A stretch of 43,040 nucleotides of DNA. It comes from a bacterium (GTDB lineage: Bacteria; Chlamydiota; Chlamydiia; Chlamydiales; 2-12-FULL-49-11). Shown one piece after another: positions 1 through 7,623 of this stretch (within the stretch, counting starts at the first letter, position 1; the number at the start of each line of letters is the position of its first letter). The DNA is taken from positions 1-43,040 of the forward strand of contig JAHZKV010000012.1 of assembly GCA_022600215.1 (NCBI GenBank), written 5' to 3'. The notes under the pieces were generated by a model. The model was given only the letters and a program-made list of their open reading frames with translations. It was not told the DNA's origin and ran no database searches. Made by a program: the position numbers and the translations under genes.

Positions 1-128
1 AGAGGGAAGGTCCTTTTTTCAATGGGTATTTTATAGGGAGGACGGGCGGTAGTAGCAGCAAGTGCGGTGCTAGAGAGAACGAAAAGTGCTGCTGCTGCGC
101 TAAAAGTTTGAAATTTCTTAGTTACCAT
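1..128 (-). CDS. 5-prime end of a secreted protein (partial, runs off the window)
   Basis: ATG at 128-126 opens MVTKKFQTFSAAAALFVLSSTALAATTARPPYKIPIEK..., a typical Sec signal peptide. The frame stays open to the window edge. Not in the ORF track because it is truncated. Confidence 0.35.
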   Translation of the reverse strand, partial: MVTKKFQTFSAAAALFVLSSTALAATTARPPYKIPIEKRTFP

Positions 129-200
129 GATTTTCCGAAAATAAATCTCTACAATTTTGTAATAATTGTATGGAAATTAAAAATCAATGTAAGTTGAGCT

Positions 201-1034
201 TTATTTTTGTAAGAAAGGGACGAGTTTGTTTAAGGCTGTAATCCATTCGATGGAGTAGTCCCCAAGTTTATGAGCAATGACATACCATCCTGCCCATAAG
301 AGGGAAAGTCCAAGGAGGGATTTCAGGGGCATTCCTAAAAAGGCAATTTGTACATTAGGTGCTAAACGATTTGCAATTCCTAAAAATGATTCAGCCATTA
401 AGATAGCAACCAAAGAAGGGGCTGCAAGCTGTACACCCATGCTGAAAACTTGATTTAAAATATCAAGCATCGTTGTCCAAAAATGATTGTCTTTAGCATA
501 AAATACATGTGGAAAGAAGCCGTCAACGGGTACTACCTCAAAGGAAGTGCTAATAGCATCAAAAAATAAGAGAGGTCCACCAAGTGCATAAAATAAGACG
601 ATTAAATAGTAGTTCATCATAATTCCAATGGGGGAGGCTTGCGATTGTGTAGTTGGATCTTGCCCCATCATAGAGGAGGCTCCACGGGCATAGTCAATAA
701 AAATACCAGAGCTTTGGGCGACAAAAAAGGGAATAGAGGCAAGGTAGCCGAGAATAAATCCGATGGTCAGCTCTTTAAGGGAGTAAAAAACAAAGAGGGT
801 AGAGGCCATTTCTATATTTGGCCCTTTAGTAACTAAGATAGTTGGGAGGAAAACAACACTTAAGGAGAGGGCAAAGCCTACGCGTCCCATGATAGGAATG
901 AGTTTTGCTCCCATAAAAGGGGCAATAGCACAAATAGGGGCAAGTCGCATAAATCCAAGAAGCAAAAGCTTCCAAAGGGTATTGTAGTCCATCCCTTGAA
1001 CATGGGAAAGTAAATTCAAAAACCCCGCATCCAT
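201..1034 (-). CDS. sctT: Type III secretion export-apparatus protein SctT (YscT/CdsT, FliR family)
   Basis: 277-aa polytopic membrane protein. It is the last gene in the run sctR-sctS-sctT with 3-4 nt spacings. N-terminal region resembles FliR/YscT. Confidence 0.88.
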   Translation of the reverse strand: MDAGFLNLLSHVQGMDYNTLWKLLLLGFMRLAPICAIAPFMGAKLIPIMGRVGFALSLSVVFLPTILVTKGPNIEMASTLFVFYSLKELTIGFILGYLASIPFFVAQSSGIFIDYARGASSMMGQDPTTQSQASPIGIMMNYYLIVLFYALGGPLLFFDAISTSFEVVPVDGFFPHVFYAKDNHFWTTMLDILNQVFSMGVQLAAPSLVAILMAESFLGIANRLAPNVQIAFLGMPLKSLLGLSLLWAGWYVIAHKLGDYSIEWITALNKLVPFLQK

Positions 1035-1038
1035 TGGT

Positions 1039-1308
1039 TTACATGCTCCATTTATAGAAGTTCATAAAGATGGAGTTTGCGAATTGAAAGATTTGTCCTG
1101 CCAAAAAACTTCCCATAATGAATAGGGTCATGATCACAGCTACTAGTTTTACCGTAAAAGAGAGTGTTTGCTCTTGAATCTGAGTAGCTGCTTGAAAAAT
1201 GGCGACAGTTAGTCCAAAAATCATACTAATCAGGATTGGTGGGCCAGAGAGGATTAGAATGAGAAGCAACGCTCTGTAAGCTAATTGGACAATTTCTGCA
1301 TGAAACAT
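1039..1308 (-). CDS. sctS: Type III secretion export-apparatus protein SctS (YscS/CdsS, FliQ family)
   Basis: 89-aa two-TM protein (…LILSGPPILISMIFGLTVAIFQAATQIQEQTLSF…), the characteristic FliQ/YscS core. It lies between sctR and sctT. Confidence 0.92.
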   Translation of the reverse strand: MFHAEIVQLAYRALLLILILSGPPILISMIFGLTVAIFQAATQIQEQTLSFTVKLVAVIMTLFIMGSFLAGQIFQFANSIFMNFYKWSM

Positions 1309-1311
1309 ACA

Positions 1312-2106
1312 CTACCTATAGGATAAAACAATTCCTTGAACTACTTGTGTCCATCCATCAATCATCACTAGAAGTAATAGCTTAAGAGGGAGCGCAATAG
1401 TCAAAGGTGATAACATCATCATTCCCATTGCTAAAAGGACATTGGAAACAACAAGATCAACTACGAAAAATGGGAGGTAGATCAATACGCCAATCTCAAA
1501 TGCTCCTTTTACCTGAGAGGTGATATAGGAGGGGATTAATACAATAAAATCGGTAGGATGTAGCTGCTCTCTAAAGGAAGGGGGAAATTTCTTTTTTGCT
1601 AGTTTAAAGAAGTAGTTTCGGTGTTTTACGGAGCAGTTTCTTACTAAAAACTTACGAAGGGGTTCTTTGGTTCTCTCTACCACCCCAACAATATATTCGG
1701 CAGATTGTGTGGTAAAGACCTCTCCATTTGCTGGAGCATTTTTCTGTATATAGCTTCCTCCCGCCTCATACATGGCAAGACCTGTAGGGAACATCACATA
1801 AATAGACATGAGAAGAGCCATCCCATTGATCACCTGGTTTGGGGGGGAGTTCTGTACTCCAATGGCCTGACGAAGGAGAGACAAGACAACTACCATTTTT
1901 AGGAAGGAGGTAAGGAGCATAACAACATAAGGTAAAATAGCCATCGCTGCTATCACTGCAACTTTTGTTACCAGCGGAGGTTGCTGTACATCCGTAGTGG
2001 AACCTACTTTTTGCGCAATGGTACCATCATCTGCATAACCCAATATAGGTAAACAGAGCAGAAGCGCGATACAAAAGAAAATATAGTTACGTCTAAGAAA
2101 GCTCAT
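1312..2106 (-). CDS. sctR: Type III secretion export-apparatus protein SctR (YscR/CdsR, FliP family)
   Basis: 264 aa. Signal-like N-terminus, then FliP-type motifs (…LLTSFLKMVVVLSLLRQAIGVQNSPPNQVINGMALLMSIYVMFP…). Confidence 0.92.
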   Translation of the reverse strand: MSFLRRNYIFFCIALLLCLPILGYADDGTIAQKVGSTTDVQQPPLVTKVAVIAAMAILPYVVMLLTSFLKMVVVLSLLRQAIGVQNSPPNQVINGMALLMSIYVMFPTGLAMYEAGGSYIQKNAPANGEVFTTQSAEYIVGVVERTKEPLRKFLVRNCSVKHRNYFFKLAKKKFPPSFREQLHPTDFIVLIPSYITSQVKGAFEIGVLIYLPFFVVDLVVSNVLLAMGMMMLSPLTIALPLKLLLLVMIDGWTQVVQGIVLSYR

Positions 2107-2160
2107 ACCAAACTGTTATAGCCTATATTGGATTGTTTCGCAACTGATAAGAAATTCTTG

Positions 2161-2814
2161 TTAGTTAAGTTTTCTCAAATCCCAAAGGCCCATATGCCTT
2201 ACGTCAAAGTCATCATAAAAGCTAAAAAGGGGATCTCCTAGGCCATACCTAGGATGAGTAACATTTATATACCTGGCATCTCCATTTTCAATATCACCGT
2301 TTACCCTTTCTATTATTTGATGATAAGAGAGTAACAAATATCTAGCATTGCTATTTTTTATGTTGGAAATAACTTTGAATATATTTTCATAGCTTAAATG
2401 GAGTAAGAGGTCTCGGCAAATTATTAGGTCGTAGCCTTTTGGGACATATTTGACAGCATCAATGTGGGAGAAGGAAATAGTGGATGTACTATATTTTTTT
2501 TGATTATCTTCTACTAATGCCTGAACAATATCACCACCAAGGTATTTAATATTGCTAAGATCTATTTTTTGCATCCAGTTGAAGTCTCCGCAAGGTAGAT
2601 CTAGAATGGATTGTATGTTGTATTTTTGGATAATTATAGGGAGAACTTTTCTGATGTTTTTTGTGTTTTTTAAAAGAGAACCTTCCCCAGATTTTGTTTC
2701 AGGCCAAGATTTCCATGCATTGGTATGGTAGAGCTCTGTAAATATTTCTTCTATTTCTTTGGATTGAATGCTCCCAAGGCAAAGCAGTGAAAAAGCCAGC
2801 ATAAATATTTTCAT
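2161..2814 (-). CDS. Class I SAM-dependent methyltransferase with N-terminal signal-like hydrophobic segment
   Basis: SAM motif I region SILDLPCGDFNWM and downstream YDLIICRDLLLHL. N-terminus is MKIFMLAFSLLCLGSIQS|KE. Same strand as the sct genes, with 68-nt and 54-nt gaps on either side. Confidence 0.7.
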   Translation of the reverse strand: MKIFMLAFSLLCLGSIQSKEIEEIFTELYHTNAWKSWPETKSGEGSLLKNTKNIRKVLPIIIQKYNIQSILDLPCGDFNWMQKIDLSNIKYLGGDIVQALVEDNQKKYSTSTISFSHIDAVKYVPKGYDLIICRDLLLHLSYENIFKVISNIKNSNARYLLLSYHQIIERVNGDIENGDARYINVTHPRYGLGDPLFSFYDDFDVRHMGLWDLRKLN

Positions 2815-2882
2815 AACACAATCTCCTAAAAATAGAATTATGCTACAAAGATAGAATAATCTTGTAAAGGTATTTCAAATAT

Positions 2883-3497
2883 TTATTTCTTAGTCTTTTG
2901 TAGTGCTTTTTCTAGCGCAGCATATTGGCTAGAAAGATTTGCGTTTAAGATGCCCTTCTCTGTTTGGATGATGCAACTCCCTTTTTCGACATCCTCCCTC
3001 TCTTCTATCAAGAAGATGTCTAGGTGTTCAAATAGCTTTTTGAATGTCTCTTTGTTTTTTTCCAAGGTGGCAAGATCGTCTTTGTGCACAAAGACTTTTA
3101 CTTCGTTGGCAGTGGTGACATTTTTTATCGCTTCTGTGACTATATCCACTACGATCGCAGGGTGATCTTTGAGGGCTTCTCCCACAATTCTCTGGGTAGT
3201 TTTTTGTAAGAGGGGAAGGAGGGATTTTTGCGCTTCGTGGCGAATGAGCTTTATTTTATCATCAAAGTAGACAATATGTTCATTAAAACGCTCTAGACCT
3301 TTATTAAACCCATCTTGCTCTGCTTTTTTGTGTATTTCTTTTCCATCTTGATGGGCCTTCTCTATGATTTTCTCAGCTTCTTTTTTTGCCTCTTCCATGA
3401 GCTCTTTTGCTTCCATTACCTTGGAAAAAGTATCTTTTTTTAGGATTTTTTTGCCAGTATGTATTTTTGCATTTTCATTCAAGGTGAATAGGTACAT
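2883..3497 (-). CDS. sctL: Type III secretion stator/ATPase regulator SctL (YscL/CdsL)
   Basis: Lys/Glu-rich coiled N-terminal half (…FSKVMEAKELMEEAKKEAEKIIEKAHQDGKEIHKKAEQDG…), typical of the SctL/FliH family. Preferred start is the ATG at 3497, which has GGAG 7 nt upstream; the track start at 3533 is less likely. Position after the CT560-like gene matches Chlamydia. Confidence 0.8.
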   Translation of the reverse strand: MYLFTLNENAKIHTGKKILKKDTFSKVMEAKELMEEAKKEAEKIIEKAHQDGKEIHKKAEQDGFNKGLERFNEHIVYFDDKIKLIRHEAQKSLLPLLQKTTQRIVGEALKDHPAIVVDIVTEAIKNVTTANEVKVFVHKDDLATLEKNKETFKKLFEHLDIFLIEEREDVEKGSCIIQTEKGILNANLSSQYAALEKALQKTKK

Positions 3498-4327
3498 AAA
3501 AATCTCCAGGTAGTTATTGTGTCTTCTTCCCATCCTTTGTAAGTGATGGCATATTTAGATTTTTTTCTTAAAATGGAAAAGAGTTGATCGCCAACAGTTT
3601 TTGGCAAGAAATAGTAGAAGAAAAATTCATACTCGGTTGGAGCGTCTTTGATTCCTTGCGCAAAACGGTAGAGGCCTCGTTCTTGGATAAGCTTATGTAA
3701 GAGATCCTTTTCACCGCTAAAATTAGATAAGTTCATTGGCAAAAGCGATGGAATATTCTCTTTTTTTGCATAGAGGTTGAGAAATGCAATTTGTTTTTGA
3801 TCAAAGCAAGATTGTAATTTTTTGAGAGTGCTCTTAGAGATAATTTTTTTAACTTCGATAGCTACATCAATTAATCCTAAATAAGTAATTAGTTCAAACA
3901 GAGGAATTCCTTTGTCAGCAAGCACCTCGACTATCGGGTGAGGGGGAAGAAAGGTTGGTGGGGGAAAGCCGTCAAGTCCTTGAAATAGCTGCGTTAATAC
4001 TTGTTTAGAGAAAGAGGGTGCTTTGTATTCGTGATAAGTAGCATCAGAGGGCGTAAGTTCCACTTGTTTGTATTTTGGGAAGGCTTTTAAATAAAATTCT
4101 CGCATTTCTGGTGAAAGAGCGTCTAGGTACCTTTTAAAGTGTGAAACATCTACCCTTCGAACTATTTTATCTGCCCTCATCTCTACTTTTAGGGAGCTTT
4201 TTGGAAATAGGGGATCACCTAATTTTTGTTGGGAGTTTTGAGAAAGATAAGAGATAAGGTGAGCTTTTTTTTCAGGAGAGACCTTGGACAATTTCTCTTG
4301 AAGAGCAAGAAATTTTTGCAAGGTCAT
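3479..4327 (-). CDS. T3SS-operon protein, positional equivalent of C. trachomatis CT560 (candidate SctK-like)
   Basis: 282-aa soluble protein between sctJ (3 nt away) and sctL (overlapping). Assignment is by operon position only; I recognised no motif. Confidence 0.5.
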   Translation of the reverse strand: MTLQKFLALQEKLSKVSPEKKAHLISYLSQNSQQKLGDPLFPKSSLKVEMRADKIVRRVDVSHFKRYLDALSPEMREFYLKAFPKYKQVELTPSDATYHEYKAPSFSKQVLTQLFQGLDGFPPPTFLPPHPIVEVLADKGIPLFELITYLGLIDVAIEVKKIISKSTLKKLQSCFDQKQIAFLNLYAKKENIPSLLPMNLSNFSGEKDLLHKLIQERGLYRFAQGIKDAPTEYEFFFYYFLPKTVGDQLFSILRKKSKYAITYKGWEEDTITTWRFLCTYSP

Positions 4328-4330
4328 CTA

Positions 4331-5266
4331 TTATTCCTCAGGTAGATTGTTGGTATTTGGTTCTATAGGAGTTGCTGCTTTCTCCACTTTTGGAGAAATT
4401 GGAGCTAAATTAAAGAGTTTAGTAAATCCACCACCTTCTTTAATAACAGGATAGACTTTCCAGATAATCCAACCAAGAAGGAGAGCGAAAAGAATGATAA
4501 TGCCAGTGAGAAGGAAGAAGAATAATCTAAATTTTCCTGTGGAGTTTTTGTTCATGGTAATAGACCAAATACGTACTTGCTCATCTGCTTTGGCTATAGG
4601 GTTTACCTCGAGGGAGTCTGCAGGAGAAACATCGGTAAATCTCGATCTATCTGATACGACCGTTACATTATCAATGGACATATCTTGAACGCTTCCTGAG
4701 ACAAGGCGCTTGATTTTTAGGGGAAGGTGGCTATTTGGATCGTCAAACACGCCCTGGTGCTTTACAAATACAGAGGCTGTAGGGAATTTTTTGCTAGACT
4801 CACTGATGGAGTCTTCATTTGCGTCGGGAAAGGAGAGTTGAACATTTGCATCGATGACGCCATCAATCATTAAGATAACATTCTCTAGCTGTTGGGCCAG
4901 GCCTGCTTGATAGCGGATGGTCTCTTCTTTGTCGGTGGACATAAACCCACTTTTGGCAAAAAGCTCAAGAAGGGTGGTTCCATGTCTTTGTGGTAACCCG
5001 TTTTGGTTGAGTAGTGACATAGCAGAAACACTTTGCGTAGAAGAGACTTCGATATTAAATTTAGCGATAGTATTTTCTGCGCCAGCACCGGAGGCTTTAG
5101 CTTCTACTTTATTTGCTTTGATGCCTCGACTTTCTAAGAATACTACAATAACATTGGCTTCTTTTTCTTCTAGACCATTTAAGATGGTGCTATTGCTGCC
5201 AGTACAGGAGGCTAGGAATACGCTTAAAGCAAAAAAAAGGAATACAGAGGTTTTTTTCAGGTTCAT
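4331..5266 (-). CDS. sctJ: Type III secretion inner-membrane ring lipoprotein SctJ (YscJ/CdsJ)
   Basis: Lipobox FLAS-C at the N-terminus. YscJ/FliF-type core (…LNGLEEKEANVIVVFLESRGIKANK…). C-terminal TM segment FFFLLTGIIILFALLLGWIIW. Confidence 0.88.
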   Translation of the reverse strand: MNLKKTSVFLFFALSVFLASCTGSNSTILNGLEEKEANVIVVFLESRGIKANKVEAKASGAGAENTIAKFNIEVSSTQSVSAMSLLNQNGLPQRHGTTLLELFAKSGFMSTDKEETIRYQAGLAQQLENVILMIDGVIDANVQLSFPDANEDSISESSKKFPTASVFVKHQGVFDDPNSHLPLKIKRLVSGSVQDMSIDNVTVVSDRSRFTDVSPADSLEVNPIAKADEQVRIWSITMNKNSTGKFRLFFFLLTGIIILFALLLGWIIWKVYPVIKEGGGFTKLFNLAPISPKVEKAATPIEPNTNNLPEE

Positions 5267-5353
5267 AGTGTTTCTCCAAAAATAAGGACTCTCAATCTAT
5301 CATACTCTTTAGATAAAATCTAGACTAAATTTCTTAATAACATTCCTTGTCGA

Positions 5354-5362
5354 TTATAGCAA
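5354..5362 (-). promoter_or_regulatory. Candidate extended -10 (TGCTATAAT) for the sctJ-sctT operon
   Basis: Minus strand reads TTTGCTATAAT about 88 nt upstream of the sctJ ATG. No good -35 hexamer is visible. Confidence 0.3.
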
Positions 5363-5415
5363 ATGTATAAATGCACTTATGTTTCTATATGTAATTTTTT
5401 TCTAGATTAAAAGAG

Positions 5416-5444
5416 TTGACCCATGATGGGAAAAACGGTATGCT
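5416..5444 (+). promoter_or_regulatory. Candidate sigma-70/66-type promoter of the parA-like operon
   Basis: TTGACC (5416-5421), exactly 17 nt, then TATGCT (5439-5444). GGAG at 5467 and ATG at 5477 follow. Confidence 0.45.
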
Positions 5445-5476
5445 ACGATTTTGTTTTGTATCTAGCGGAGATTTGT

Positions 5477-6274
5477 ATGCATACGATTGCTTGTTGTAGT
5501 TTTAAAGGGGGGACAGCAAAGACCTCTACAGTGATGCACTTGGGAGTTTTTTTAGCGAAAAAGTTTCATAAAAAAGTGTTGTTAATTGATTTTGATGCAC
5601 AGGCAAATTTGAGCACGGGACTTGGTTTTAGCTCTGATGAAGAAGATACGATGGTTGCGGTGCTTCGTGAAGAAAAAACGATACAAGAGGTGATCAAGCA
5701 ATCTCATATTAAAGGACTCGATGTAGTTCCTGGAAACGTATATTTAGATGGCGTAGAGGCAACGGCTCCTATTGTAAATGATTTGTATGGGCATGAAAGA
5801 TTAAGAAAAGCAATAGCTGGCTTGGATTATGATTTTGTCTTTATTGATACCCCGCCAAGCTTAGGATGGCTTACCCAAAGTGCTTTTTTTGCAGCAAATT
5901 ACTCGATGATTGCAGCAGTTCCTGAACCATATAGTATTTTAGCGCTAAATCGTCTGCAGGAATACCATGAAAAGATTGGTAACCATCATAATTTAGAAAT
6001 CTTGGGTGTAGTGCTCTCTTTTTGGGATGAAAGAGGAGCAACTAATCAAGCATTTGTCAATGCGATTGATCAGGCGTTCCCAGATAAGTTATTTGATACC
6101 AAAATCCGAAGAGATATTTGCGTATCTAGAGCAGTGCTTCGTGGGAAGCCTGTGTGCGATGTTTATCCTGAGTCACGAGCGGCATATGACTATGAGAGAT
6201 TGGCTGCAGAGGTGATGAAGAGGATAACAGGAGAAAAAGAGAAGAAGAAATCTTTGGAGGCGGTACATGTCTAA
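5477..6274 (+). CDS. ParA/MinD-family partition ATPase (chromosomal paralog of chlamydial plasmid ParA)
   Basis: Deviant Walker A CSFKGGTAKTST, plus DFDAQANLS and FIDTPPSLG motifs. The start is moved to ATG 5477 because the track start at 5423 lies inside the predicted promoter. Confidence 0.9.
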   Translation: MHTIACCSFKGGTAKTSTVMHLGVFLAKKFHKKVLLIDFDAQANLSTGLGFSSDEEDTMVAVLREEKTIQEVIKQSHIKGLDVVPGNVYLDGVEATAPIVNDLYGHERLRKAIAGLDYDFVFIDTPPSLGWLTQSAFFAANYSMIAAVPEPYSILALNRLQEYHEKIGNHHNLEILGVVLSFWDERGATNQAFVNAIDQAFPDKLFDTKIRRDICVSRAVLRGKPVCDVYPESRAAYDYERLAAEVMKRITGEKEKKKSLEAVHV

Positions 6275-7037
6275 AGCAAATTTGTTGGCAAAAAAATTTT
6301 TAGCATTGAGGAAAAAGGATATACCAAAATCTCCTGATGCTCCAAAGCAGCAGGTGGTGCCGCACAATAGCTTTCGTGCCATGTTTGATCCTCATGAGCT
6401 AGGAGAGAGCGAAGTGCATAATTTGAAGATGATCTTTGAAGAGAGCTCTTTGCATTCGGATCATGAAGAGGAGATGGATAGGGATTTTTCTCAACTGGTC
6501 CAAATTACTTCGGAGTTAAAAGCCATTCAAAAGCAGGCTGTGATTTTAGTTGGCGAGAGAATTTGTGCCGTGCGTGATATTTTTAAAAGACATGGTGGAG
6601 AAGGTATTGGTTTTACTACCTGGCTCTCTATGGCTTTTAATGCAAAAAAGACAGCATATAACGCTATGGCTTACTATGAGCTTTACTCATCTCTTCCTTC
6701 AGAAGAATTAAAAACAAAGATGAAGCAAATGCCAGTGAAAGTAAGTTATGTGCTTGCTTCTCGTAAAGCTCCAGAGAAGATGAAATTTTCAATCATTGAC
6801 TCTTATAAAGGGGAGAAGCAAAGAGAGATGCTGGATCGCATTGAAGAGTATATGCCTATTTTAGGGGATAAACGATCTCTTCGTACCCTTGGAGAGAAAG
6901 CGGTAGATGATTTGGAAAGGATTATTGATACGCTTCTTCGTAGAAAAAAGCATATTCATGATAAGGAAAAAAACCGTATCGATCATGCTCTTCATTTATT
7001 AGAAGATTTGATCTCTGAATCGATTGATCTGACTTAG
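6267..7037 (+). CDS. ParA-partner protein, likely pGP6-D/CT583-related
   Basis: Overlaps the parA stop by 8 nt. 256-aa charged helical protein. In Chlamydia (from memory) the chromosomal ParA-like CT582 is followed by the plasmid gp6D paralog CT583. Homology was not verifiable by eye. Confidence 0.5.
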   Translation: MSKANLLAKKFLALRKKDIPKSPDAPKQQVVPHNSFRAMFDPHELGESEVHNLKMIFEESSLHSDHEEEMDRDFSQLVQITSELKAIQKQAVILVGERICAVRDIFKRHGGEGIGFTTWLSMAFNAKKTAYNAMAYYELYSSLPSEELKTKMKQMPVKVSYVLASRKAPEKMKFSIIDSYKGEKQREMLDRIEEYMPILGDKRSLRTLGEKAVDDLERIIDTLLRRKKHIHDKEKNRIDHALHLLEDLISESIDLT

Positions 7038-7040
7038 TAT

Positions 7041-7520
7041 TTAGATAGCTGCTTGAGTAACAGATGTTGGTGAGCTGGCTGGGGAAGATCTTAGACTTTT
7101 CGTGATTCTTTGCATCAGTGTTTCCAGTGTTGCTACCCCATTTTGCAGACTTTGCCCTAGTCTATCTTGTTCAGTAGAATAAGTTCTATAAGTAGTGAGC
7201 AGTTCTAGGTGAAGTAGAAATATCGTTGCCTTTTTTAGCAAAGAGCGGCTCTTCTTAAGAAACTTAGCCTCCACTAGCATTCTAGTTTTAGCATCTACCT
7301 TAGTGAGAGCATCGCTTGTATAGAGCACTTTGTATTTTTGGAGGAAGGTTAGAAGAGGTTTTAATGGGCCTTTATTTACTACTATACTTATAAACTTTTC
7401 ATAGAGTTCATTTTTTTCCGTTGTATTTGATTTAACATAACTAGCGGCTTCGGCAGTTAAGGGCTTTAATCCCTTTGCTATTACATCTAAAGCTACTCCA
7501 GCATCTTTTATTGATATCAT
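7041..7520 (-). CDS. Hypothetical protein (159 aa, helical, Ser/Pro/Thr-rich C-terminus)
   Basis: ORF has an AGGGA RBS and its own extended -10 promoter. It is convergent with the gp6D-like gene. No motif recognised. Confidence 0.5.
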   Translation of the reverse strand: MISIKDAGVALDVIAKGLKPLTAEAASYVKSNTTEKNELYEKFISIVVNKGPLKPLLTFLQKYKVLYTSDALTKVDAKTRMLVEAKFLKKSRSLLKKATIFLLHLELLTTYRTYSTEQDRLGQSLQNGVATLETLMQRITKSLRSSPASSPTSVTQAAI

Positions 7521-7549
7521 ATAATTCCCTGATCTTATTTTATGGGTTT

Positions 7550-7562
7550 ATTATAACATAAT
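7550..7562 (-). promoter_or_regulatory. Extended -10 promoter element ATTATGTTATAAT
   Basis: Minus strand reads TGTTATAAT (TGnTATAAT consensus) 30-40 nt upstream of the ATG at 7520. An identical 13-mer is found at 12208-12220. Confidence 0.45.
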
Positions 7563-7577
7563 TAGTGTTTAAATTAA

Positions 7578-7614
7578 ATAAAACACTTTACAGTATGGCT
7601 GTAACATGTTTTAT
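7578..7614 (-). terminator. Hairpin downstream of pta (candidate intrinsic terminator)
   Basis: Minus strand: ATAAAACA-TG-TTACAG-ccata-CTGTAA-AG-TGTTTTAT, followed by TTAATTT. It starts 10 nt after the pta stop. Confidence 0.4.
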
Positions 7615-7623
7615 GTTAGTAAG

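Noticed and set aside
4917-5285. 122-aa plus-strand ORF.
   Set aside because: It is antisense within sctJ and has no RBS or motif.
5423-5476. Longer N-terminal extension of the ParA-like gene (track start at 5423).
   Set aside because: The extension would begin inside the predicted TTGACC-17-TATGCT promoter and adds 18 residues before the Walker A region. ATG 5477 has GGAG at a proper distance.
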